Shown: positions 44,325 through 44,367 of the stretch, in pieces
Numbering within the stretch: the stretch's first letter is position 1
Layout of the letters: each line of letters starts with the position of its first letter
Assembly: GCA_035561315.1 (NCBI GenBank)
Contig: DATMXR010000112.1
Coordinates: forward strand, 1 to 44,367
Origin: Feifaniaceae bacterium
GTDB lineage: Bacteria > Bacillota > Clostridia > Christensenellales > CAG-138
Length of the DNA: 44,367 bases
Direction: 5' to 3'
Program-made: the position numbers and the translations under genes
Notes under the pieces: model-generated
What the model was told of the DNA's origin: nothing
Databases searched by the model: none
Seen by the model: the letters and a program-made list of their open reading frames with translations, nothing else

Positions 44325-44367
44325 CGTTAACCTCCAGTTGTGATAATTACATACAAGCATTATTTAA

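Noticed and set aside
1-44367. A search for CRISPR arrays, tRNA/rRNA genes, IS elements, transposases, integrases, phage genes, toxin-antitoxin or defence genes, and microcompartment shell genes.
   Set aside because: I saw no regularly spaced short repeats, no cloverleaf-like or rRNA-like segments in the few intergenic regions, and no ORF with recombinase, defence or BMC-shell motifs. Apart from the orphans listed above, every large ORF is accounted for by a metabolic, transport or regulatory family.

Overview
This is a gene-dense 44.4-kb chromosomal segment. I can support 39 protein-coding genes. I found no rRNA, tRNA, CRISPR array, transposase or integrase. The host looks like a strictly anaerobic Clostridia-type Firmicute. 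That is an inference from the strong GGAGG ribosome-binding sites, a glycyl radical enzyme, a bifurcating-type Etf and a B12-dependent glutamate mutase. All protein calls come from motif and sequence recognition by eye; no database search was run. CDS coordinates include the stop codon. Several ORF-track starts were trimmed to the first start codon that has an RBS.

The window reads as six catabolic modules:
1. 32-8025 (-): a YesM/YesN-type two-component system with a degenerate ABC-ATPase paralogue, plus a CUT2 sugar ABC importer.
2. 8135-16635 (-): an eight-gene glycyl-radical-enzyme (GRE) operon. It encodes a PfkB kinase, an Fe-ADH, a transaldolase-like protein, an orphan protein, DmpF, DmpG, the GRE and its activase. 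I cannot assign a substrate.
3. 16911-22342 (-): a cassette with an AraC regulator, a TRAP transporter, a YhcH-like protein and a DapA/NAL-family lyase. It is bracketed by a 65-bp direct repeat (64/65 identical).
4. 22647-28569 (+): an FAD oxidoreductase, LarA, EtfB, EtfA and an FAD-linked 2-hydroxyacid dehydrogenase (an Lct-like module).
5. 28592-37105: a LysR regulator divergent from a glutamate mutase/methylaspartate ammonia-lyase operon. The operon continues into AtuA-like (DUF1446), DUF4387 and orphan P-loop genes instead of mesaconase and citramalate lyase.
6. 37194-44324 (-): a rare/deoxy-sugar cluster with an Ldh_2-family dehydrogenase, rhaA, two Zn-dehydrogenases, a TIM-barrel isomerase and a FucI/AraA-family isomerase.

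The most promising candidates for undescribed biology are the GRE operon, the extended methylaspartate operon with its structured terminator-containing leader, the repeat-bracketed cassette, and the pseudo-ATPase coupled to a sensor-less histidine kinase.
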